From Pirellulales bacterium (GTDB lineage: Bacteria > Planctomycetota > Planctomycetia > Pirellulales > PALSA-1355): a DNA stretch of 64,000 nucleotides. The DNA lies in NCBI GenBank assembly GCA_963733035.1, contig CAVTBU010000005.1, positions 2,112,001 through 2,176,000 on the forward strand. The letters are read 5' to 3'. The translations under genes and the position numbers were made by a program. Shown here one piece after another: positions 19,710 through 29,547 of this stretch; the first letter of the stretch is position 1; every line of letters starts with the position of its first letter. Below the pieces are notes generated by a model, which ran no database searches, had not been told where the DNA came from, and saw nothing but the letters and a program-made list of their open reading frames with translations.

Positions 19710-19747
19710 AAACCTGCCCGGGACGAAAGTTCCGGGCAGGTTTTTTT
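19710..19747 (+). terminator. Rho-independent terminator
   Basis: AAACCTGCCCGGGAC-GAAA-GTTCCGGGCAGG followed by a T7 tract. Confidence 0.9.
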
Positions 19748-19874
19748 GTTTTCCAACCGAGCCTTGCGATCAGCGAATCGTTGACGACTTCTTGCCACCT
19801 CTGCGTGGAACCGGTTTGGTTGCCCGGAAAGATTTTTAGACAAATTGCGCCCGAGCGTCGCTCTATTAGGGTGT

Positions 19875-20432
19875 GTGGCAGACTTACCAGCACCATCCGA
19901 CGACCAGCGGCTATTGCACGGCCTCGCGGCAGGGCAGGAGGAGGCTTTCTCCCAGCTCTACGATCTCTATGCAGCCCGGCTCTACCGCACAGCCGTTGGA
20001 ATCCTGGGCAGAAGCCAAGATGCCGAGGATTGTGTGCAGGAGGTGTTCGCCGCGCTGGTTCGCTCGCGGTCGAAGCTACCTCAAGTTCAAGATCTGGCGG
20101 CCTACCTGTTTGTGGCACTGCGCCGACAAGCCGCGCGACACTCGACGAGCCGGCGCAGACAACCCGCTAGCTTGACGGACGACTATCCCGAGCCGCCCCA
20201 GGCAGCTGTCGATCCACGCAGCGAGGCCTTGGCGGCCGCTCTAAGAGGTCTGACCGTCGAGCAACGTGAAGTGATTGCGTTGAAGATCAACGGAGAACTG
20301 ACGTTTGCCGAAATTGGCCAGGTGTTGAAGGTCAGCCCAAATACCGCGGCTAGTCGCTATCGCTACGCACTTGAGCGGCTGCGCGAGCGACTAAATCCCT
20401 GGATGCAAGGCAAGGATGCGAATGATCGATGA
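19875..20432 (+). CDS. ECF RNA polymerase sigma-70 factor
   Basis: AFSQLYD, DAEDCVQEVF, QREVIALK, LTFAEIG and TAASRYRYA. Confidence 0.9.
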   Translation: MADLPAPSDDQRLLHGLAAGQEEAFSQLYDLYAARLYRTAVGILGRSQDAEDCVQEVFAALVRSRSKLPQVQDLAAYLFVALRRQAARHSTSRRRQPASLTDDYPEPPQAAVDPRSEALAAALRGLTVEQREVIALKINGELTFAEIGQVLKVSPNTAASRYRYALERLRERLNPWMQGKDANDR

Positions 20433-20850
20433 TCCGGAATTACTCTTCCTCGAGCAAGAGCTTCGCGCACTGCAAGTAGAACCGAGCACCGCGTTACGCG
20501 ACCGGGTCCTGGCTACCGTGCGCTGCGAATTCCGCCATGAAGGTGTTAACGGTTGGGCCTGGACGGCGGCCGCAGCGGCGGCACTGGTCTTGCTGTCGGC
20601 CAACGTGTCGTGGCATGTCATACCGATGCCCTCGCCCATTAGCTCGCCGCACGAATCGCGTGCGGAGCTGACGGCCCAACTGCGAGAGCTATTGCCGGAG
20701 CTGTCGCCAGAAGACGCGAGACAACAAGCAGCGTGGATGGAAAACAATACTGGATTACCAAACGGTGATGCCGCTCGTGCGCGGCAATATTCGGCGTGCG
20801 GCATTTCTGAATCGCTGGCAACACAACACAAAACTGCGGACGGACACACG
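20422..20850 (+). CDS. Putative anti-sigma factor; reads in frame into the next membrane protein
   Basis: Overlaps the sigma gene stop; LEQELRAL..P...LRDRVL followed by one TM helix. The 3' boundary is uncertain. Confidence 0.5.
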
Positions 20851-22579
20851 ATGGGATATCTATTTCTTGGCATCGAGAATCTTGCCGTCACGCTGCTCTT
20901 TGTCGCAGTAGCAATTACGCTAATTAGCCGGTTGCATCGCCGCTGGTTGCGCATTATTCTGGCCGTTTCCGTCGTGCTCGTGCCGCTGCTCGGGTACGTG
21001 TTGTTAATCACCGTGGATGCCATGTTCGAATTCACGCAGCAGATGCGAACCGGCTGGTTCATTCCGCTAATACTGATGTCACTGCTGTTTCTGTCAGGCG
21101 CAACTTGGCTGGTGGTGCGGGGCTTATGGCCGCGCACGCCGTTGGTTGACTTTGCGGAACAATTACCGCCCGAACCGACGGCTCGTAGCTGGCCGCTTGG
21201 CAAGCTCGTCCTGGCCTTGGTTACGGCCGTGGTTTTGCAGGTGATTGCCTTTTCGAATTTGGATGCGACGGCGCGTCAAAGCCTCGATGTATTGCGCTCG
21301 GAAGCGTATGCCCTTTCGATGTCAGTAGCGCCCGAGCCGATCCCTGATCATGAAAACGCCGCGCTCGACTATCTAAAAGTCCAAGAGGCACTCCAGCGCG
21401 GGAAACCACCGTTTGGCAAGGTGTCGCCTGAGTGGCCGCAAATCTGGTTAGACGCCGAGAAATCATTGCAAGCCAACGAGCAGTCTGAGGACGAGTGAGC
21501 CGGCGACGAAGGCTTTCGATTTCGCCGCTGCGGAACTTGGCCGGTGGTTGGCCACTCGTCAGGGAGAGATGCAGCTGCTGCGCCGGGCCGCCGCCAAGCC
21601 GGGCTGCCGATTCGATCGCAACTATGGACAAATCGACTGGATCGAGATTCTGCCGGAAATCAGGAAATGAGTGACGCGGTACGGCTACTTGGCCGTCGAT
21701 GCCCGATACCGTGCCGCGACCGGGGATCTCGCAGGCGCACTCGCCAACGTGCAGGCCATGTACGGAATTTCACGGCATGTGGCCCGCGAACCGTTTGGCG
21801 TCACGATGCTCGTGGCTGCAGCGTTTGATTCGCTGTCTTTCGACACGCTTCAAGCCATCCTTCGTTCATGCGACACAACGCCTACCGAGTCACTGGCCGC
21901 GGACGTGGTCCAACGTCATTCTTACCGCCGAGACATGGATCGTATTCTGCGTAGCGCGGAGGCTATAACGCTCAATACCGCGATCAACCTCGACACGGTC
22001 GTGCAATCAAACTATGTCGATGGCGGCCTCTACGTAGTCGGTCAGTCGCAACTGAGCTCGCTGTATCGCATTTTTGTACTCCCGTCCGATTTGGAAACCT
22101 TTCGCAGCACCGTGCAACAGCTGTACCGTCTTTCGACGAGTCCGTATGACAATTCCAAGAAACGCCTTATGGAAGTCCGGTCCGCTTTGGGCAGTGATGT
22201 AGCGGGATCCTATATAACTGTAACCGGATCAATCCGCTCGTTATTGGATGAAATACAGCAGACCTACCTGGCCGACGCTCGCAACTACGTAGCGTACACA
22301 GCACTGGCCATGCACCGCTACCGGGCCCTGAACGGGCGGTTTCCAGATGCACTGGACGAGTTGACGCCGGACATCATCCCGATCATTCCCAGCGATCCGT
22401 TTGATGAACAGCGGCCACTCAAGCTGACAAAAACTGATAACGGCTGGGTCGTCTACAGCATTGGCCCCGATCAGCAGGATGGCCACGGCGAACCATGGAG
22501 GGCCGAGAGTAAGCTCGGCGATGTAGGTTTTGAATACGTCGAGAGGAATGGGGCCAAAGATGCAACCGAGACGGAATGA
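20851..22579 (+). CDS. Large membrane protein with periplasmic helical domain, frameshifted near 21495 and 21665
   Basis: Four TM segments then ENAALDY; a bridging frame encodes LLRRAAAKPGCRFDRNY; C-terminal ALHRY-like...PDALDEL...DPF...YSIGPD. Confidence 0.6.
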
Positions 22580-22613
22580 CGTGCACACCACTGAGCCGTC
22601 TTCTTGCCCCCAC

Positions 22614-23769
22614 TCATTTCTTCGACTTTCCAATCATTCCGGCCGTGAAGCTCACCAGATCGCCGCGCTGGCGGCAAACTTGCATCAGCGGTTCGTAGTT
22701 TCCCGATCGCCGGGATAGTTCGAGTAGGTTGGGAGCAAAACCGCTCGTACGCATGCCAGCAGGAATTAACTCGACATCTGGCCGCAACAGCTTCGTCATG
22801 GCGGCCAAGTCGCGCGAGCAGCGCGATGTAAATTTCCGCCGGACCGGTTCCTTGCTCCTGCACGTTGGCCTGACGTGCCTGCTGGGCGAAATACTCTATG
22901 GCCTCTTCCACCCCTTTACCGAGCTGGGCTCCAAAGAAGAGTCCATGCGCGGGATAGACGTCGGCAAATGGAGGCTCGCCCGGGAATTGAAACTGCTTCG
23001 ACAACCGCTGGCCGTACTCCGTCAGATCGTACGCCACCGCGACGTGCGGCGGATCCTCCAGTACGCGGGCAAATCGCACCGTGGCAGCCAGGTGCGTGGT
23101 GTCCGTGTGGTAATTGTTCTCGCCAAACAACCAGTCGCGATCGGCCACGAGCGCGGCCAAGCTGGATTCAGGTGGCTCATTACCTTCCTGCCGAGCGATG
23201 TCGGCTCGCACGTTGGCCACCAGTTCCGCGTGCAAATGTTTGAGCAGGGCCGCGGAGCACGCTTGTTGATCAGCGCGGGGGCGGCCGAGTACGGCACCTT
23301 CGTAGGTAGTGATTGCGTTGCAAGTACCGTAGTTCTTGAGCACCAGGCGGTAGCCGATTGCCGGCGCAACGCCCTCGTGCAGTCCGATCTCGATAAGGTC
23401 CTGCAGGTTCTCTTCGTCGGGCGTTATTTTCTCGATTGCGGCCGCCACCAACTGTTTGTCGCCAACCGGGCGGAGGTACATCCACGCCTCGCGCAAACGC
23501 CCCTCATCCAGCAACAACGTTCCCACCTCGCGGCAACTCGCCAAGTACGCCTCTTCAACTTGCGACCGCAACGGCTCCTCCAGGTCGTCGATCGAGGTCG
23601 CCAGAATGACAGGCAGTCCCAGTCGCTGCCGAGTCTGCATCACTAGCACGTCAAACAGCTCGTGGTACTTCTTTTCGGCCTTCAGTTCGGCGACGAGCTT
23701 TTCGAAAACCGCCTCGAGCCCCTTCTCGTGTAATAGTGCCTGCAATTGATCAAACGTGTTTTCCGACAT
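22614..23769 (-). CDS. Conserved hypothetical helical-repeat protein, frameshifted near 22780
   Basis: Long coding-like ORF MSENTFDQL...; the C-terminus continues in ORF 22614-22808 (FAPNLLEL...GDLVSFTAG). Confidence 0.65.
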
Positions 23770-23890
23770 GATGGAACCACCAGGGCAGGGAAATCGGGCA
23801 GGATCGGGCTCATTCAAATCCTAACGCGGAAAGACTCCCCGCGAAACCCGCGCGGCGCGGCTGCGACGCCGCGGAAGCGTGAAATCTCAA

Positions 23891-24250
23891 CTAAGATTGA
23901 TCTTCGCGCGACAATTCAACAGAGGGTTGCGAGTTCGAATCCGCCGCCAGCGAAGTCAGTCGAGCGAGTCGCCAGAATCCGTAGGCAAACGTGGCGACGC
24001 AACAAGCTTTTATTGCGAGCAACCAGCGGGGTCTCCACCAGGCACCAGATTGCATTTCGAACAGATCGGAAATGCCAAATGCCAGAAATGCCACGCTCAA
24101 CATGACGAGCACCGCACGTCGCCTCGAACGTGTGAATGCGGACGCTGCTAGTAGCGCGAACGAGACGATTCCCCACAGCACTGCTTCCAACAGATTCCCG
24201 ATCCACGTAAGGTCCACCGCGGGCTCCTCGCAAGTTCCCTCTTGTCCCAT
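23891..24250 (-). CDS. Small hypothetical membrane protein
   Basis: Three TM-like segments; FGISDLFE...GAWWRPRWLL. Start uncertain. Confidence 0.55.
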   Translation of the reverse strand: MGQEGTCEEPAVDLTWIGNLLEAVLWGIVSFALLAASAFTRSRRRAVLVMLSVAFLAFGISDLFEMQSGAWWRPRWLLAIKACCVATFAYGFWRLARLTSLAADSNSQPSVELSREDQS

Positions 24251-24308
24251 CCTACCACGAGGGACGTGAAATGGACGTCGTTTCCGTCGATTCAGTATGC
24301 GACATTAC

Positions 24309-24766
24309 GGTAGTGGGTCAGTGACCATTTACGGCGAACCTGACTCCAAGCGCATCTCGACCAGCTACTCCAAATCGAAAGACGGCGAATAGTAACTTAG
24401 GCCGCGTCCCCGGCTATACTGGCCGTATGAGCGAGCCGGTATTCAAATTCAATCTGCTTACGACGTTTGAGTGCACTGCCTGGGCGGCATTGGGAGTACT
24501 GGCGGCAATTCGCGGATTTGCATCCTTGCCCTCATATCCGGAGCTAAACAACAAAACTTCTGTCGGCCTGTTTCTATTGGCTGGAGCTGCCGTTGGGGCG
24601 GCAATTGGAAGCTTGACCGGAAAGCGATCGCGGTTCGCGATATTCGGCTTGGTGGTTGTGCCGCTAATCGTGCGCCTGATCATCTGTGCGACCATTATCA
24701 ATTCTGCGAATTAGACTGACCGATTACCCTGCTCTTGGCGGGCCAATTTCAGGCTGACCCACTAGC
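24309..24766. mobile_element. Non-autonomous IS1-family-like element with a passenger gene
   Basis: IRs GGTAGTGGGTCAG (24309-24321) and CTGACCCACTAGC (24754-24766); flanking direct repeats GACATTAC and GACATCAC; transposase-like scrap GEPDSKRISTSY. Confidence 0.7.
24427..24714 (+). CDS. Orphan 95-aa membrane protein (passenger gene)
   Basis: Three hydrophobic segments, AT-richer codons, TATACT 6 nt upstream of the ATG. Confidence 0.5.
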   Translation: MSEPVFKFNLLTTFECTAWAALGVLAAIRGFASLPSYPELNNKTSVGLFLLAGAAVGAAIGSLTGKRSRFAIFGLVVVPLIVRLIICATIINSAN

Positions 24767-24899
24767 GACATCACCTTGCGTGCGCTTCCGCACCGGTTAA
24801 ATGATGGTGCGGCGATTGCTGAGACGACCGACGCATTGATTCCGTCGCCGGTGGCATTTCTTCACTGGATCACCACTCGACACGTCGAGGTTAAACACT

Positions 24900-25908
24900 A
24901 TGAAAGCGTACGAAATTCAGGCCTTCGGCTTCGAGAACCTCAAGCTGGTCGAACATCCCGACCCCGAGCCGACGGCCGGTGAAGTGCTGCTCAAGATGCG
25001 GGCCTGGTCGCTCAACTTTCGCGACCTGATGGTCGCCAAGGGACACTACAACCCGCGGCTCAAGATGCCTGCTGTGCCGCTGTCCGATGGCGTCGGCGAG
25101 GTCGTGAAGATTGGCGAGGGGGTGTCGCGGGTCAAGGTGGGCGATCGCGTCGCCGGTTGCTTCATGCCGAAGTGGATCGCCGGAGAGATCGATGAAACGA
25201 AAGCCCGCAGCGCGCTCGGCGGCGGGGGACCCACCGGCATGCTGGCCGAGTACGTCGCCATCAGCGAGGAAGGCGTGGTGCACGTGCCCGAACATCTCTC
25301 GGACGAACAAGCCGCAGCGCCTCCTTGCGCGGCCGTTACCGCCTGGCACGCGCTCGTGCCTGAGGGACACGTCAAGAGCGGCGACACGGTGCTCGTGCAA
25401 GGGACCGGCGGCGTGTCGATGTTCGCCCTGCAGTTCGCCGCGATGCACGGTGCGCGCGTCATCGCCACCAGCAGCAGCGACGAAAAGCTGGCCAAGGCGC
25501 TCACGCTCGGCGCTTCGGATGGCATCAACTACAAGAGCACGCCGGAATGGGACAAACGTACGCTGGAACTGACGGGCTCGCGGGGTGGATTTCGTCGTCG
25601 AGGTCGGCGGCGCCGGCACGCTACCGCAGTCGATGAAGGCCGTTCGCCCCGGCGGTCAAATCAGCCTGATCGGCGTGCTTTCGGGCGGCGGACAGGTCAA
25701 TCCGATGCCTATCTTGATGAAAGGCATCCGCGTACAAGGCATCTTCGTCGGCTCGCGCGACATGTTCGAAGCCATGAACCGCGCGATTGCCCAGCACAAG
25801 ATGCAGCCAATCGTCGACCGCGTATTTCCCTTCGCCGAAGCGGTGGAAGCATTCCGCTACATGGAAAGCGGGGCTCACTTCGGGAAAGTCGCAATCAAGA
25901 TCGGTTGA
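24900..25908 (+). CDS. NAD(P)-dependent alcohol dehydrogenase-like MDR oxidoreductase, frameshifted near 25582
   Basis: [15 protein letters not shown] and QGTGGVS; second frame VDFVVEVGG...GAHFGKV. Confidence 0.9.
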
Positions 25909-26003
25909 TCGCAAGAGCCAATGAAAACAACCAGGGCGAGCGAGTCGAGTCATCCTTCGCCCCCTCGTTCGCTGTTCCCGAAGGCCTTCTCTGCCTTCCG
26001 CGG

Positions 26004-28029
26004 TTACGCTTCGCCGGCTTGTTGTTCCCCGCTTTCGCGTTCGGCCGTTTCGGTCGCCGGGCGCTTGCGCTCGGTGGTGGTTCCGGGAACGATCTGCGGG
26101 CTGGGTGAGTTGGCTTCGATGATTCGCTTCAACTCGTCGGAGTCGATCACTTCATTTTCGATCAGCCGCGCACTCGAGCGCTTGCAGCGAGGCTCTGCGC
26201 GTTTCCAAGATGTGACGCACCTTCTCGAACGACTCGTCGATGATGCGTTTGACTTCCTCGTCGATCTCGCGGGCCGTTTGCTCGCTGTGACTGTGCTCGC
26301 GCTGCATGTCGCCGCTGCCCGCTAAAAACGGGCTGCGATTGCTTTCGCGGAAATTCACTCGGCCCAGGCGGCTCATGCCATAGTCCATCACCATGCTGCG
26401 GGCGATGGCGCTGGCACGTTCCAGGTCGTTCTGTGCACCGGTTGAGACATCTTCAAACACCATCTCCTCGGCACAAGTACCGGCCAACAACACTTGAATA
26501 CGGCTTTCCAACTCGCCCTGCGTGAGCAAATAGCGGTCTCCCTCGGGTCGCTGGAGCGTGTAGCCGAGCGCGGCCAACCCACGGGGAATAATGGATACCT
26601 TGTGCACCGGATCGGTATTCGGCAAGCAGTAGGCTACCAGCGCGTGGCCCGATTCGTGATAGGCCACCCGCAGTTTTTCGTCCTCGTGAATGATTCGCTG
26701 CCGCTTTTCCAAACCAGCGGTAACGCGTTCGACGCCTTCGTTGAACTCCTCCATGCCGACGGTCGTCTTGCCCTTGCGGGCCGCCAGCAGCGCTCCTTCG
26801 TTCACCAGGTTGGCCAAATCGGCACCGACGAAGCCGGAAGTGATCGCTGCGACTTCCTTCAGATTCACGCTCTCGTCGAGTTTCACGTTTTGCACGTGGA
26901 CTTTGAGAATTGCCTCTCGGCCGCGGACGTCGGGCCGGTCGACCAGCACGTGGCGATCGAACCGACCAGGCCGCAACAGCGCCGGGTCGAGCGTCTCGGG
27001 CCGATTGCTCGCCGCCAGCACGATCACCCCGCTATTGGAATCGAAGCCATCCATTTCCACGAGCAGGGCGTTGAGTGTCTGCTCACGTTCGTCGTGCCCA
27101 CCCACAATGCTACTGCCGCGCGTTTTGCCGAGCGCGTCGAGTTCGTCGATAAAGATGATGCAGGGGCTCTTGGCCTCGGCCTGCTGAAACATGTCGCGGA
27201 CGCGCGCCGCACCCACACCCACAAACATTTCAACGAAGTCCGAACCCGATAGGCTGAAGAACGGCACGCCTGCCTCGCCGGCGATGGCCTTGGCAAGTAG
27301 CGTTTTTCCCGTACCCGGAGGACCAACCAACAACAATCCTTTCGGGATCCGCCCGCCGAGGATTTGGTACTTCTCGGGCGTACGCAAGAACTCGACAACC
27401 TCGCGCAATTCGTCGACGGCTTCATCGATGCCGGCCACGTCTTCGAACGTCACGCCCAAGTCTTCCTGGGCGTACATCTTGCCGCGGCTGCGACCAAAAG
27501 CCATGGGCGAACCCGCGCCGCCAAGCCGGCGCATGAGATAGAAGAAAAACACAATGCACAGGCCGGTCAGCAGCAGCATCGGCAGATAGGCGCTCCACGG
27601 ACTGGGGCCATCCGAGTTGTCGAAGGGAATGCCCTTGTCGAGCAGAGCCTTCGACAACAGTTCGTCGCTAGGTTTGATATTCGTCGAGAAAGCAACTTGT
27701 TCCGGCTCCTTGGCGTCCGGCTTCTGCAGCATGATCTTGCCGGTGACTTTGAAGCTGCCAATCGTGATGTCCGTAGGTTTCGAAAACCGTAGCACCTGCG
27801 TCTTGTCGCCGCTGTGGCGTTCGACCTCGATATAGCCCTTGCCGTCCTCGTTGTTGACCAGCCGCACCAGGTCGCTGTATTGAAGCGTCTCGCCCGTGGT
27901 GCTAGTGAGGAGCATGACGACGAACGCCGTCAGCAGCCCCAGCGCGATCATGAACCACAGGATGTTGTTGTTGATCGGCGAGGCTTTTTTATCCGGCGGT
28001 CGACGTGAGGGCTCGCGGTCGTTTTTCAT
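26004..28029 (-). CDS. ftsH: ATP-dependent zinc metalloprotease FtsH, frameshifted near 26172
   Basis: Two TM segments, [14 protein letters not shown] and HESGH. The shifted tail [17 protein letters not shown] ends with TAA at 26004. Confidence 0.93.
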
Positions 28030-28383
28030 CGCAAGGGGGCTCTCTGTTCTCGAAAAAAGACGGAACAATCCGGGCCAATTCAATTGGCCATCTGACGGGA
28101 CACCGGGTGGCGGTACGGCCACACCAAGGCACGAGACGGGAACACAAGCGGGCGTCTGTTCATAGTATGACTTAACTTTCCAAAATACAACGAGCCCCCC
28201 TCCGGTCGCACCGCAAGAAGCGATTGCAAGGGCGGCCGATATGTAATCGGGTCGAATGCGCCTTCTGGCCGGCTTCGGGTTGTGAATTTGGCGCTTCTGC
28301 CCTTAGAATGGCTCGTTGGCGGCGTTTTTCTGCTGAGCGCGTGGCGCCGCGTCGACCGCCACCTCCCTGCGAAGCGGTATGGT

Positions 28384-29547
28384 ATGGCTCCCTCGGTCGC
28401 CCGGGTGGCGATTTTAGGCTCGACCGGTTCAATCGGCCGCAACACGCTGGAAGTGATCGCCGCCTCGGGCGGCAGCTTACAGGCCGTGGCGCTTTCGGCC
28501 CACTCAAACCTGGAGTTGCTCGTGCAGCAGGCCGCTGCCGTGCGGCCGCGGTGGATCGTGGCTGCCGATGCTGATGCTGCCAGCACGTGCGATTGGTCGG
28601 CACTACCCGAGGGCGTTGACCGGCTCGCCGGCGCCGAGGCCCTGGAAACCGTCGCCCGGCGCCCGGAAGTTGATATCGTGGTGGCTGCCATTGTCGGAAG
28701 TGCCGGGCTACGGGGTACTTGGGCCGCCGTCGAAGCCGGCAAGAGGGTCGCTCTGGCCAACAAGGAAACGATGGTCGTGGCCGGCCCGCTGGTCACCGAA
28801 CTGGCGAACCATAGCGGAGCCAGCATCGTACCGGTCGATAGCGAGCACAGCGCCATTTTCCAGGCGATGCAGGCCGGGCGCCGGGACGAGGTCAAACGGA
28901 TCATCCTCACCGCCAGCGGGGGTCCGTTTCGCAATCACACCGCCGAGCAATTGGCCCAAGTGTGCGTCGAGGATGCTTTGCGCCACCCAACTTGGACCAT
29001 GGGCCCTAAAATTACCATCGACTCGGCCACGATGATGAACAAGGCGCTGGAGATCATCGAGGCCCGATGGCTGTTCGATTTGCGGCCCGATCAAATCGAC
29101 GTGGTCGTGCATCCGCAGTCGATCGTGCACTCGCTCGTGGAATTCGTCGACGGTTCGATCATTGCCCAGCTCGGTTCTCCCGATATGAAGCTGCCGATTC
29201 AGTATGCCCTGACCTACCCACGGCGGACGACCGGCTGCGCCACGCCGCTCGATTTCACCGAACGGATGCGGCTGGATTTCGAACCGCCCGACCTGGACCG
29301 TTTTCCGGCCTTGGAATTGGGCTTGGAGGTGGCCAAAGCGGGTGGGACGGCCGGAGCGGTGTTAAATGCGGCCAACGAAGCCGCGGTGGAACGGTTCCGT
29401 GCCGAAGAGCTACACTTTACCGAGATCGTGCCCAGTTGCCGGGCCGTCCTTGAACAACATCATTTCGACCCCAGTCCGTCGCTCGAACAACTCGAGAAGC
29501 TCGACGTCTGGGCTCGCCAGGAGGTACTTCGTTGGGCTTGTCTTTAA
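28384..29547 (+). CDS. dxr: 1-deoxy-D-xylulose-5-phosphate reductoisomerase
   Basis: LGSTGSIG, LANKE, PVDSEH, HPTWTMG and NAANE. Confidence 0.97.
   Translation: MAPSVARVAILGSTGSIGRNTLEVIAASGGSLQAVALSAHSNLELLVQQAAAVRPRWIVAADADAASTCDWSALPEGVDRLAGAEALETVARRPEVDIVVAAIVGSAGLRGTWAAVEAGKRVALANKETMVVAGPLVTELANHSGASIVPVDSEHSAIFQAMQAGRRDEVKRIILTASGGPFRNHTAEQLAQVCVEDALRHPTWTMGPKITIDSATMMNKALEIIEARWLFDLRPDQIDVVVHPQSIVHSLVEFVDGSIIAQLGSPDMKLPIQYALTYPRRTTGCATPLDFTERMRLDFEPPDLDRFPALELGLEVAKAGGTAGAVLNAANEAAVERFRAEELHFTEIVPSCRAVLEQHHFDPSPSLEQLEKLDVWARQEVLRWACL

Noticed and set aside
18862..20118. Long alternative-frame and antisense ORFs over the Cys-rich gene
   Set aside because: Shadows of a repetitive GC-rich gene. 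The SD, signal peptide and terminator support 18835-19683 on +.
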